Origin: Lepidodermella squamata | Lineage: Eukaryota; Animalia; Gastrotricha | DNA: 64,000 nt | Assembly: GCA_047495785.1 (NCBI GenBank) | Contig: JBLDXI010000042.1 | Coordinates: 682,001 to 746,000, forward strand | Direction of reading: 5' to 3' | Shown here: positions 13,230-25,000 of the stretch, piece after piece | Layout of the letters: each line of letters begins with the position of its first letter | Numbering within the stretch: position 1 is the first letter of the stretch | Made by a program: the position numbers and the translations under genes | Notes under the pieces: model-generated | Told to the model about the DNA's origin: nothing | The model's input: the letters and a program-made list of their open reading frames with translations, nothing else | Databases searched by the model: none

Positions 13230-13631
13230 TAGGCGTCACCGATACGGCTGTCCCGGCCCGAAAACGAGACAGATGCCGTAGCATTGCCAATCGTCGGCAC
13301 CTCGCCACACGTATCGTCCTTTTTGCTCGATAGCACCGCCCTTAGGGCATAGGCTCGCCTAACAGGCTGGCCAAGGCTGGTATCAACCGCCCCGAGATTA
13401 GTCAGCTGTTCTTCGACGGTTGCGGCTAGGATAGGGATGGAAATGCAGTCGGCAATATCGCCGTATGAGAAGCCGTTTAATCGAGCCTGGTCTGCGTAGG
13501 GTACAATTCCGCCGTCCTCGAGAAGAGCGCCGTTGGAATAGAACAAGCCATAGGAATCTCCAGCTTCGACCCAGTATCGGTCATAGCCGGAGGGTGAAAC
13601 TCGAACTAGGCCAGTTTTGTTAACCAAAACC
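13230..13631 (-). pseudogene. Captured host exon fragment (extracellular beta domain plus start of a Sushi/CCP-like domain)
   Basis: Splice acceptor ttacag at about 13632-13637. Open frame ..YWVEAGDSYGLFY..IVPY..RRAYALRAVL..TCGEVPTIGNA.. breaks into TATCC-type repeats at about 13230. Lies inside the Helentron with no partner exons nearby. Confidence 0.55.
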
Positions 13632-13805
13632 TGTAATTCAAAAAGGATTAGGATTCAGTCCCTCCGATAATATCGAGAGTATTGTGTATCTTAGCTGAAC
13701 TTCCTATACCTGGAAGGTTAGGATTCAGATTTACAATCCAATATTCCTATCCCTAAACCTTCGCTTAATCCTATAACTTCGTTGATATCTATTCCTATTC
13801 CTATA

Positions 13806-14926
13806 CAGTGTGTCCGTCAAATAATATGAGCCTAAATATAGCATTTTAATTCTATGCACGAGGCGAAAAAAACGCAGCACTGAATGATAGTACAGCTATT
13901 GTTGTTCATTGCTGGAATAATATCAATTATTGCTCCGCCAAAATTTGTATATATTTAATCAAGATAAAGAACATTCTTCGAAACGAAAGCATTAGCTTCG
14001 GGATTTTCACCTGCGAGCTTTGTACATTACTAAAGTTTTGGGGACAACGAGTTGCCCTGAATATTCATGCAATAAGATCAAACGCGCAACAATGTCAACC
14101 TAATATCTGGAAAAAATATAACTATTTAACTGCGATTTAATAGCAAATTTTCTGATCCAATTCAGTTAAAACTGTTTGTACTAGCCATTGGACGTATTCT
14201 TGCGGGTATGTGAAATTCACGTATATAACGATTAGCCGATAGCGCCCCGGATGCTACACAAATTGGCGAAAGCGACATTACCCCTTTATTTCAAAACGCG
14301 GAACTTATTTCAAACAGATTACCAGGTCGTAATGGAAACTGCTTTAGTTGCTTTCATTGCATTTGTTGCATTTTTTGCATTTGTTGCATTTTATGCTTCA
14401 ACGGCAGTTATTAAATTAGACATGCAAGATTACGAAAAAATTTTAGAAAATGTCCCGCGGCTGTTGAAGACCCAAGTCGATGGGCAAGTCGATGTACGCG
14501 AAAAAGGGGAAACCCGATTCCAAAAAAGCGGTTTGTAAAACTGGCCATGGCCGAATTCAAAATGGCCCTTGCAAAACAAAAAACTGAAACGGCTGAGGGA
14601 GAAGATGATGATGACGGAGATAAACCTGATAGTTAAGATCATTTTTAAAGGCGCGGCTTGTTAAGAGGAAAATATGAGCATTCCTGATGGTCAGAACATC
14701 ACCTTCTCTATCACCTGAAAGAATTATGACGAAGAAAGTTTAATCATCAACACTAGCTGATGCATACAAATTTTAACTAGCAGTAGTTAATAAAGCACTA
14801 CTACATTTCATTGGCGTATTATTTTTTGCATCTCATGAAAAAAATGAGACGACAGATCTGGCACGCGCCACGCTTGCTGTTGCTTTTGGACTATAAATAG
14901 CCTCATATTATTTGACGGACACACTG
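13806..14926. mobile_element. Non-autonomous Tc1/mariner-type TIR element nested in the Helentron (1121 bp)
   Basis: Perfect 25-bp TIR CAGTGTGTCCGTCAAATAATATGAG (13806-13830 / 14902-14926) with TA TSD at 13804-13805 and 14927-14928. Confidence 0.9.
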
Positions 14927-16262
14927 TAATTCCTATTGTTTCTATAATTCCCAGCCACCCTGTCATTCTCGTCAGATTCTCGTCAGAATTACCCGTGTTT
15001 TCCGGCCTTGAAGCTATTCCATGTCCTACCCTCGAATGTGACGGCAAGTTGGAGCCTGTCAACATTGACAAAAAATACAGGCATCCGCTCAAAAGTACAA
15101 CAGATCCGCCATTGGTAGCCGAGTGCAGTCAATGCAAGTGTTCCGCAACAAATCAAGCTGTCATTGAGAAGGTGATTGCTGACGCCGAAACCAAATTGAC
15201 GGACGCTGAGCTCAAGCTCACTTCCTAGCAGCATGTGCTAAAGTGTCGCTTAGAGAATCGTGGTTTCTCCAGTATTACGAGCGTACGAGTGATTCAAATG
15301 ACTAGGTCTCTGCTTATCGATCAGTGTCATCACTATTACCACGTACCGTCGTGTGTAAAGGGCAAACAATCAACACGGTGTCGATATCCATTTTTCAAAG
15401 CGCTTGTCTTCAACGCTGGATTCGACGAGCAGGGCACCTATAAGAACCGGCGTACCATTGGAAATCAATGGGTAAACGATTTCATTTCCTTGTGGCGAGA
15501 AATTTTCCACTTCAATATGGATGCGAGAATTTTGTTCGGTGGTCATAGCATTCAGGTCTCATGTCATGATTTATGTGGAAATCGCGCAAATTCGTTTCAT
15601 TTAGGCTATATGGTATGCCTTAAAATATATTTTAAAGCATCACAACATGCTTGACAATGCCGCTATAATCGACCTCGCATATGGCAGAAGATTGCAGCGA
15701 GAACAGCAATTTGCGCTACTGAAAACGCCTGAACAAATATCTCTGGGCAGATTTAAATCGCTGGCTCATGCAACCACAGGTGTTATAGAGGTACATTTTT
15801 ATCTAACTGTTTCCAATTTTACACTTCACTGTGTTGGACTGAATATTCCCCGGTCACATTTGTGAATGATACCTATTTTTATAACAACTTTTTATATCAC
15901 TTGTGTAAATAGTTAATGGCTTCAGTTAATGAGTTTGATGAATTTCATCGCTTATTTTTGTGGCCATTTTTGACACCGCGCTTGGACCGGGAACAAATTT
16001 TATTGCCTAGCAATAGTTAAATTAGCCACACTTCCTACTTCCTACTTCGAATAACTCAAAATAACGCGGCCCCACGACCCTGCAAAGATTAAGGACGTAA
16101 ACCTAGAATGTGAATTCAAATGTCATTTATGAAAACTTAGTACTTTAAATAGGAAAACGCAGCCGTTTGGCTGGGAGTAATAGAGCGGTCCACCCATTGG
16201 TCATAGGTCATACGTCATACGAGTAGTTGTTCATGCCTGTTTTATAAGTGCGATATTTAGAC

Positions 16263-16548
16263 ATTCCTCCCGCAGCATCCCGCAGTTTGTTCACGTGATG
16301 CGGGACTGCGGGATGACTGCGGGACTGCGGGATAAGGGTGCGGGATAAGCTATATCCCACCCGGCCCACCCTACAAACATGATTTTTTGCCAGTATCAAT
16401 GAGTAAGCATTCATCTTCTCGCAAAATCATTAACATATGCACACTATTTTTTGTATGGGAGAATGCAGAGAAATTTTTATCACGCTGCAATACACGTGGA
16501 CGTCCACATGATGAACTGCGGGATGTGCGGGATGACTGCGGGAGGAAT
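16263..16548. repeat. Small fold-back element with (C)TGCGGGA repeats in a Rep/Hel intron
   Basis: attcctcccgcagcatcccgcag at 16263 is inverted relative to tgcgggatgactgcgggaggaat ending at 16548; internal ctgcggga tandem copies. Confidence 0.6.
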
Positions 16549-18270
16549 TCGTATATTTGCATTAGGCATTTGATGTCATGTTGGCTACCTTCTGTAAATA
16601 CTTATTCTTTTGTAGATTGCTGGTACGTTAATGGCTCACTACATATTTCGAAATGCGGGGGCTTATTTTTCCTGCGAGTTCGAGCCACTTTTGCTCGTGC
16701 AAGGATTATCGCTCATGCTGTCTGAAGAAATAGAGGGCCAAATTACGAAAAATGGCGAGTCATGTGTCATAGTATCAGCTATTCATAATTACATGCATCG
16801 ACCAAATTCCATGGAAAATCTTTGCTGGTACGACTTCACTTCCTTGTTTCGGCGAGTTCAACTGAAGTCGGCTTCAAACTTCAACCAGCATGAGTCGATT
16901 GAAACGGAAAATGACTCGTCTGAGAAGAGCGGAGAGGAAGATGAAACTCTTCTTGACGGTAGTGACAAAAAACAGTCTTCTTCGCGCTCTGAAGTTCACA
17001 AATTTCGCACGAGCCATCCAAATTTCAACAAATTTTGCCTCAAGAAGAGGTCAATGCCTGCTGTCCCTAGACTGGTCGGCACTCGCTTGCCAGATAACCG
17101 AAACCTGAATGAAAATCCAGTAGCTGCTGAGCTATACTACCGTTGTGTCCTGCTACTATATTGCAATTTTCGAGATCCAAACCAGTTTCTGCAAGAACAG
17201 TCGGCTGCAAATTGTTTTCGAACTTGGATGAAAGGGAAGCCGTCGAATTTGTGGAGACTCTCGTTGCATCAAGAGTTTTACCTTGGCCTAGAAGCTTCGG
17301 ATGAATACAAACATCAGCTGGCGGAAGAAGATCTGAGTGATGCAGCAGAAGATGAAGACATCGACTTCGATGCTTTCAACAAACAGCGCCACGATGAAAC
17401 AGAGGAATACTTCGCAGCAACAAATATCAGCTACGAGGAAATGTTAGCAGCAATGGAAGAACAAGAGGATGGCGAGTTCGAAAATGCCATATCCCATCAT
17501 TTACAGAGTGAAATAAGAGATATCGTCAAGCTGATATCTCCAGAGTCTTCACCGTCGCCCGCTTGTTCGAAATCCAAAGACCGTACTCTAGTTTCGTCTG
17601 TAAATGGGCGAGATTTGCAAGTTTTCGAAGACCACATCAAAGCTCATAAACAAATTTCAGCAAGTGACCCTGTTCCTCAACAGTATCGACATTTGTTTGA
17701 AGTAGAAGCAGCGGCCGAGGTTATGTTGGAACGCTTTAACAGCGCAATTCAGTTTTGTGATTATTCCCAACAGCATTTAGTGCAAGAAAACCAATCTTTT
17801 GTACCATTCCCGTCTATCGCTACCATTTCGCAACGCCTGAATCTTAATGAACTCCAGCATCTGGCCTTTTTAATGATCGCTATTCCATTACTGAGCTTAA
17901 TTTGCAACGTTGACTGTACAGAATACGCATCGTTAATCGGTGATGGCAGCCCATTCTTTGTTTATGGCTCAGCAGGTAATTGCGCTTTTTGGATAACATT
18001 ATAGATTTCCGGCTGTCTTTCCACAGGTACCGGTAAATCTTTGCTGGTTAAAGCACTCATGGAGTTCGTAGTGGGATGGGGTATGCCTAACTGTATTGCA
18101 ACGATGGCAACAACTGGTTTTGCGGCTTCGCAATTGGAAGGATCCACCCAACACCATGGAGTTGGCTTGCCCGCAATTGGAAATCAGCTCCCGCAATCGA
18201 TAACAGACCCATCTCCTGACCTCCTTCGAAGTTTCAATGGAGGGTTAATTTCAATCCATTCTCTCATCAA

Positions 18271-18301
<31 letters not shown>

Positions 18302-19110
18302 TTATTTCGAAAAATAAATTCATCAGGGGAATTAAGCAGTAAAAAAGATTCGAGGATACAGAACCGTATACTCTGAACCGTATAGTAGTCAATATGATAG
18401 CGTATAGAACAGTCAAGAGGAGAGTCAACATATATCAAAATCATAGAGAAATTAGGTAGAAAATGTATTTAAATTTAGTTGTCGAGAGTGCAGTGTTTAG
18501 AAAAGTCAAGTTTACATATTTTTTATTTAAAAAATTTAAGATTGGAACCGAAATTGTCCGTGGACGGAAACACATAGGCAGGCAATTCATTCCAAATGGG
18601 TAAAACACGATTTAAAAAATAGTTGGCAAAAAGAGGAGAGGTAGCATTGCGGTATCGACCATCAGGTCGTCGATATCTAAGGCGATGAGTATGACCGCGA
18701 GTTATTGTCTCAAGAGGCTCGATATAAAAGGAGATTGACGGATCGATAGCTTTGTAGTAAACTTTGTATAAAAGGGCGAGATCTAAAATAATGCGACATT
18801 TTTCCAAAGAATCCAGTTTGAGAATTAGAAGCCTTTGTTTATAAGAAGGGCGGTTGAGATCGTGCGAAGAGAAGCCTAAAGCACGGCGAGTAAAATATTT
18901 TTGAACATTTTCAATGAGTTCAATATCGCCTTTTTTGTAAGGAGACCAAATCGAAGGAAGGTATTCGAGTAGAGGCCTAGAATAGACTCGATAAGCCCAT
19001 GTGAGAACGGAAGGCGACTGCCCATGAAAGGCTCTAAGAATAGCGTTGACACAGTTATAAGCTTTGGTAACAATAGTATTAAAATGAGGGCGGAACGTGA
19101 GATCATCCCA
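18271..19110 (-). mobile_element. 5'-truncated CR1/L2-clade LINE (RT C-terminal region) in a helicase intron
   Basis: Minus-strand translation includes YRVYSRPLLEY..IWSPYKKGDIELIENVQKYFTR, TRGHTHRL and FLNRVLPIWNELP. (AAT)10 3' tail at 18271-18300. May extend to about 19300. Confidence 0.85.
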
Positions 19111-20112
19111 GTTTCAGTTATATCTTTCATTCAGTTATATCTGTTAGAGTAATAGCGTCCATCTGCATTGTAGTAAATCTACGGAATATTCTACGTTGCA
19201 AAGTTGAATCGCATAAGCGCACGATAAAATGGAAAACGCGTTAGATAAAAGCTGAATTATTTGAAACCATAGCCCCGTTATTTTCTCCCCATATCTTAGT
19301 CCATAGTGAACATAATTTTCAGTTATGTTTTTACAGATTCAAGAACATTTGCCCGCTGGCTGGACGCGCTGAAAATGCTAACTGAAACGCCTGCCAATAA
19401 GCCTTGGCCTAACATTCTCATCGTCATCCTAGGAGATCACTTTCAACTACCTCCTTGCAATGCACCGCCTCTTTACAGAAATACGACAGTGGAAGGAAAA
19501 TCCCTGTCAGCTACAGCACTTAGTGGCTACGAACGCTATATGACCATCTCGCGCATTTGTTATTTGGAGGAACAGCTGCGTTTTGGTAAAGATCCAGAGT
19601 GGGGTTGCCTTTTGGCCTTAGCTCGACTTGGCATCTGGACCGAAGAAATGAAGGCTCTCTTGCGATCCAGAACTGGACAATTATTGCCGAGTCGAGATTT
19701 GAAAAAATATATCGCAGGCAAAATGCCTATTGTCGTCTTTCCTGACAATGCCTCTCGACACTCCTTCAATTTGCTCATGTTGCAGAACTTCGCGAATTCA
19801 GGAACCAAGATCCATAAAATCCCTGGCATGGTTCGACCCGTGGTGTCTCGAAAAACGTCTTCAAGAAAGAATAATGTTGACTTGGCCTCCATTTTTGACC
19901 TGCCGGACAATTGCACACAGAACGTGCCTGCAACGTTATATGTGTTTGAAGGTGACTTTCATTACATGATAATTTCATTTAAAATGTTTGGCAAATTACA
20001 ATTCGCGATTTCGAAGACCCTTTAACATAGCAGTTTTGCTAGCGAAACTTCGCAAATAAGCGCAACGTTTGTAAACGCCATAGGCGCCAGATTTTGTGAT
20101 CAGCATCAAGTA

Positions 20113-20607
20113 CCGCATTTTATCGAATAGTATCCTGGGATATTATTTTTTTCCGAACTCGAAAAGCAGTAAAAAAAATCAGGCTATTATTCGAGGGGGC
20201 TTTTATTCAAGGCAGGCTATTATTTATCCTAAAACGTCAAATCCTCACTTCAACATACATTTTTCGTCAATTTTAGGTTGAATATATTCCTCTTTGTCGC
20301 TGTAATTAAGCTTAAATGCACTGTAGTTTCTTCCTCGCTGTCGCAGGTTCTCTTCTCTACGTCTAAATTGTCTTTTGGCACGCTAGCCACCTCTCCCATT
20401 CTTTCTACATTAGCTGATCATACTATACCTATTGTTATTACTATATGGAATGTGGCTATTATTCGAGGTGGGCTATTATTACCCTTTGGACCCAATATTA
20501 GGATGAATTTTTTTGGCTATTATTATTTGAGTATTATTATTGAATTTATTATTATTATTTATTAGGGGGTTATTATTTGAGGTTGGATACAATTCGATAA
20601 AATACGG
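20113..20607. mobile_element. pogo/Tigger-like MITE
   Basis: TA-CCG(C/T)ATTTTATCGAAT(A/T)GTATCC...GGATACAATTCGATAAAATACGG-TA, in the last Rep/Hel intron. Confidence 0.85.
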
Positions 20608-21798
20608 TAGTTACAAAAGTAAACAAATCAAGGAAATTGTTGATTCCTACGTAAATCTCGATTCCTACTCACCTAATTACTTAATAATCACTTGAGAAAT
20701 TTTAAACTCGGAAATTCCAGCACAGCCGGAACTGGATTAGAGTTCGAATATGGTCATTATAATTCATTATGGTAAAAAATAATCAAATTCGCAAGAAACT
20801 GAAAAATCAAATTCCATTATATCGTACTTCTACTTTCTTCTTCGTTCAGGCATGCCAGTTCGCATCAAAAAGAACATATGTGTTGCCAAAGGCGCTGCCA
20901 ATGGTACAGAAGGCACCATCCAAAGCATTCAATGGCAAAAGGGGACTCGTTTTGCGTAGAGTGGCTGTTTTCTCATTCCCAACAAACCGCCTCTCAATAT
21001 ATTTGTCGATATTTGTACCACAGCCAATAGTTGCTTCAAGTATCCTGGTCTTCCAACGCATTTTCCCAATACGGTAATGCCAATCTGTCAAACAAAAGTC
21101 TCTTTTGAATACAGCGAAAGAAGTTTTACCGTGGAAAATTGGCCTTTAGTACCTGCCTTCGCTTGTACTATTTATGGCGTTCAAGGTCTCACCTGTGATG
21201 CGCTAGTTGCAACACATCCTCGGCCATCACATTTTCAGCTTGCGCATCATAGTAGCCTATTCACTATGCTGTCACGCATCACCACTCGCCACGGTATCTG
21301 GCTTATCGATGCTTTATCCGAAGCCGACTTCCAGTTTTTTCGCCCATTAGAAATGATACTGCAAGAAGACGCTCGGCTTCAACGACTGGCAGCAGAATAC
21401 CGCAACTTGTTCCAGCTAGCTCTTGAGGAATTGGGTGGTATTCCCATATCTTCGAATTGAGGCATCGTTGGGCCTAACCAAATACTTACAGCAACCTCAA
21501 ATTACCGCGCGTGTTTAATTACCTAATTACTTGCTTTCATTCAATGGCACGTGACTTGATGATAAATAAAATACCATTGGATCTTTCAAATTCACTTTTG
21601 CATTAAGTTGATTATTTACATTTATTATTGGCGAGTTACAGAATTATTCCTCATCCCCCAATCATACATCGAGGATGGTGGTGGTGGTGATGGTGGAAAG
21701 TGTCGCTCTGTAATGCCCGGTGATAACATATTCACATAGAAAACTGAGGGTTTCACCCGGCGCTCCTTCTTCGACCGCAGGGAGGAGTAGGATAAGGA

Positions 21799-21852
21799 AT
21801 GAAACTCGGCGGTGATTTAGGTGGAAACATCAATTTCAAATGTTATCTAATA
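21799..21852 (+). pseudogene. Continuation of the LamG exon split by the Helentron
   Basis: MKLGGDLGGNINFKCYLI versus paralogue IRLGGDLVANNTFNGRLA. Cut again at TA|CAGTAGAAG, a pogo-like TIR start at 21853. Confidence 0.8.
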
Positions 21853-22049
21853 CAGTAGAAGCTGTATAATCCAGACACCATCGGTCGCGGAAAATTTGTC
21901 CGCATTAGCGCGCTGTCCGCATTGGGCGATCCCCCATATTCCAAGGCGCCCCTTGAAACGGCCTCAGCGGACAGGATTAGGCCCCCTTTTACGCGCAGGT
22001 ACTGTTTGCTTTCTAATTAGCGCGCTCTTTAATTAGATACTCAAGCAAC

Positions 22050-25000
22050 GTACTCGCGTTTGACATGAGGCCCGTCACACGCGATTGGTTCAACCAGGCC
22101 GTGAAGCAGTTTCAAGTCGGACCAGGTGCCTGTCGCAATGTAGGCGAGTAGCTGTTTGACTTGCGGTGTTCCGCAAACGAGACGGTCGCACGGTAATTCG
22201 ACGTTCAAACTCGAGGCCACTTCAACCTGTAATTAAAAAAAGTTTTAGTAATTTATACAAAAATTAGGTCTAAAGCTTACAAGGTGTTTGCAAAAACGAC
22301 CCGTGCGGCCATAGGGGCAGTTGCACAGCCAGGTAGTCAGGTTAACGTCATAATTTCCTCCTTTCTCTGTTTTGACTGAGAAGCGAAGATCCTCACCGTT
22401 CTGGGTAATTTTGATGATACCGGCATCTTTATATCGGAGCCACTCAGTTTTAAGAACCCGGCGTCCGTTCGCGAAGTCGAGCAGTTTTCGCGAAAAAAAG
22501 GAATCGAACTGATCAAGTAAATAATTGGTAATAATTAAATTTTCAAATTTTCATAATTTATTGTATTAGTAATTTAATTAGTACCTTTCAACGATATTGT
22601 TAGTCATATGCCCGTGCGAGTTGTGATCGCGAAACGCCAATACGAACAACTTGGAGCGCTGCAAAGCAGTGACAACGTGAACGCGCCATTTGCTGTACTT
22701 TAGGGTGACTGGCGAGTTGAGAAGTGCCGTTCTTGCGGCTTTGTATTCGTCGCGCGTAAGGGCGAACACGACATCATGAAATACTAGGGTGAAAGAAAAT
22801 TAAAATTGTCAATTTTTATTTAAATTCAACTCACATTTTATCAAAATAGGCGCGTCGTCGCGATGAACGCCGTGACTTTTCTCGATTAGATAGCGCCACA
22901 TTGCTTGAAGGATGTGAAAAGCGCAGAGTAAAACCTTGGCAGCCGGAAAACTTCCGCGAGGGCGCTTCGCTCTGCATCACTGTCATCGGTCAAGAATAGC
23001 TTGGCACTAATTCCATGCTGCTTCGCCATGCCAAAAACCAATCTGAATACACGAAAAAATGGCAAATTGAAAAATTGAAAAATTAGAGATAAATTGTGCA
23101 TTTGCCAACTGCATTTTTCTAATTAAAAAAAACAGTAATTCGGTGAAATAATCTAGTTTTACCTGTATGAATCGTGGGTTTGAGCAGAGTGAATCGCAAC
23201 AGCAACAGGTAGAGCGCCGGCCGATGACGCACAAACGATTAGCGTAAGTGCGCTATTCAAGAGGTCGCAACTCGCCGTCGAGTCTGTGAACAAAATGTCG
23301 CGCGCTTCGCTGATTTCCGCCCAGGTGCGTTGCATAGTCGGAGACCGAATCAGGAGGGCCCATATCGGTTCACCCATTTTGCCGCGAGTTAAGCGATAAT
23401 TGCAGGTTTCCGGATTTTTTTCGGCAATTTCTTTTAACTTATCGTGCATTTTATCGCCGCCTCGATGGTAGCGCACCAAAGGTCCCACAATAAGCGACAG
23501 AGTACGGCGCATCAGCGACTGCTGATGCAGAAGGGGTTATGGCCGCTTTGGAATACCTTGCTAGGGAAATTCCTGTGATACATATAGAAAATCTAAAAAT
23601 ACCGTAAAATCGGGCAGGCTTTCAAGTGGCGGGTAGAAACTTTCCATTTTTGCCGCATCAATTGCTGATTTGTAAATAATTAAAAACGAAAAAATCGCTT
23701 TATTTATTACGCAATTGCTACCTTGACCTAACGGCGCTAGGTCACCGGAGCCGGTCGCCACAGCCGAGCGCTCTCGCGCGCACACGACACCTCTTGCGTA
23801 ATCACCGGCGCTCTATTGTTAACTCACGCGCTCCGTGGCAGCGCTAATAGCGCAACTGGTAGTGGCGCTCGAAACTTTTTATATGCCGTTGAAAACTGTT
23901 TATGAATTACCGGCTACCTCCCTCCCCCGGGGGAGGGAGGCATCAGTTACCTTTCTTAAAAAACGTGATATTTAACTCTGGTTTGGAGGGTGGGGGAAAT
24001 AAAAACCGGCCGACCTTATTTCATCAATAACTTCACCAAAAATAATCCGAATTTGAAAATTTTTGCGGCAACCGGCAGCTGGTGCCCCGTTTTTCTAGAT
24101 GGTAGCGCACCTAAGGTCCCACGGGGACGGAGTCCCCCACATGCAATAGAGCACGGCGCATCAGCCACTGCTGATGCGGATGAGGTTATAGCCCGTTTCG
24201 CGGAAACTCCTAGGGAAACTCCTGTGATAGCTGTAAAATTCCAAAAAATACCAAAAAATCGGCCATGTTTCAAAACCTCCAATAATTTTTCTTCAAACAT
24301 ACCGAACCAACTGCTGATTTTTAAAAAATTTAAAACGAAAAAATCGCTCTTCCGGTTACGCAATTGCGCAACTACCTTGACCTAACGGCGTAAGGTCACC
24401 GTAGCCGGTCGCCACCACAGCGCGCTGTCGCGCGCGCACACAAGCATCTTAGGCCGGATTTTGCGGAGTCAAAGTCCAACTACGTGTTGCTCTGATGGTC
24501 GATATGATAGCATCAATGGGATCAATGGGGCTTGGCAGCACGCGATTCTATCAATTGATTAACATAGTGTGAAAAAAAATCACACCCACCAACCCGACCA
24601 GCCCCACTATCGCGACCGACCCATCAACAAGTAGTTGGACTTTGACACTGCATATCCAGACTAAGATGAACCACACACGCGTAATCACCGGCGCTCATTA
24701 TAACCGCGCGCACCTGTGGCTGCGCAACTGCGCCATTCTTTTTATTGTATCGCCGTTAAACACTTTTTATGAATTACCGGCTGCCTCCCTCCCCCGGGGG
24801 AGGGAGGCATCAGCTATATCTTTCTTAAAAAACATGACATTTAACCCCGGTTTGGAGGGTGGGGGAAATAAAAACCGGCCGACCTTATTTCATCAATAAC
24901 TTCACCAAAAATAATCCGATTTTGAAAATTTTTGCGGCAACCGGCAGCTGGTGCCCCGTTTTTCTAGATGATTGCGCGAACCAACCCGATAGGGTACCCC

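Larger units (their letters stand above)
14980..21460 (+). pseudogene. Helentron Rep/PIF1-helicase gene, multi-exon, inactivated
   Basis: Rep features HYYHVPSC..CRYPF and NMDARIL; Y2 motif YALKYILK after intron 15556-15604; YMHRP..LCWYDF; YYRCVLLLYCNFR. Walker A GSAG/TGKS spans intron 17976-18026. Helicase motifs GDHFQLPP, LEEQLRF, GMPVRIKKN..GAANGTEG, PAFACTIYGVQGLT, MLSRI. In-frame stops at 15226-15228 and 20957-20959. HUH motif and Walker B not found. Confidence 0.9.
5653..21798 (+). mobile_element. ~16.1 kb Helentron/Helitron2-type rolling-circle transposon with cargo
   Basis: Host exon reads ..GTT AGC ACG AAC ATG | element | ATG AAA CTC GGC GGT GAT TTA.. (VSTNMKLGGDL, paralogue VSSKIRLGGDL). 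subTIR GCCGGGTGAAACCC (5653-5666) is the reverse complement of GGGTTTCACCCGGC (21748-21761). 5' hairpin 5654-5668, (GTCY)n at 5691-5719, 3' hairpin 21763-21787, internal Rep/PIF1 gene. Exact ends are ambiguous by about 3 bp (ATG). Confidence 0.85.

Noticed and set aside
14251-14538. 95-aa ORF with a hydrophobic AFVAF repeat inside the Tc1-like element
   Set aside because: The hydrophobic run comes from a 9-bp ttgcatttg microrepeat; no DDE or HTH motifs.
18270-18376. Poly-Ile 'transmembrane' segment in ORFs 18041-18376 and 18184-18444
   Set aside because: Translation of the (AAT)n LINE tail within an intron.
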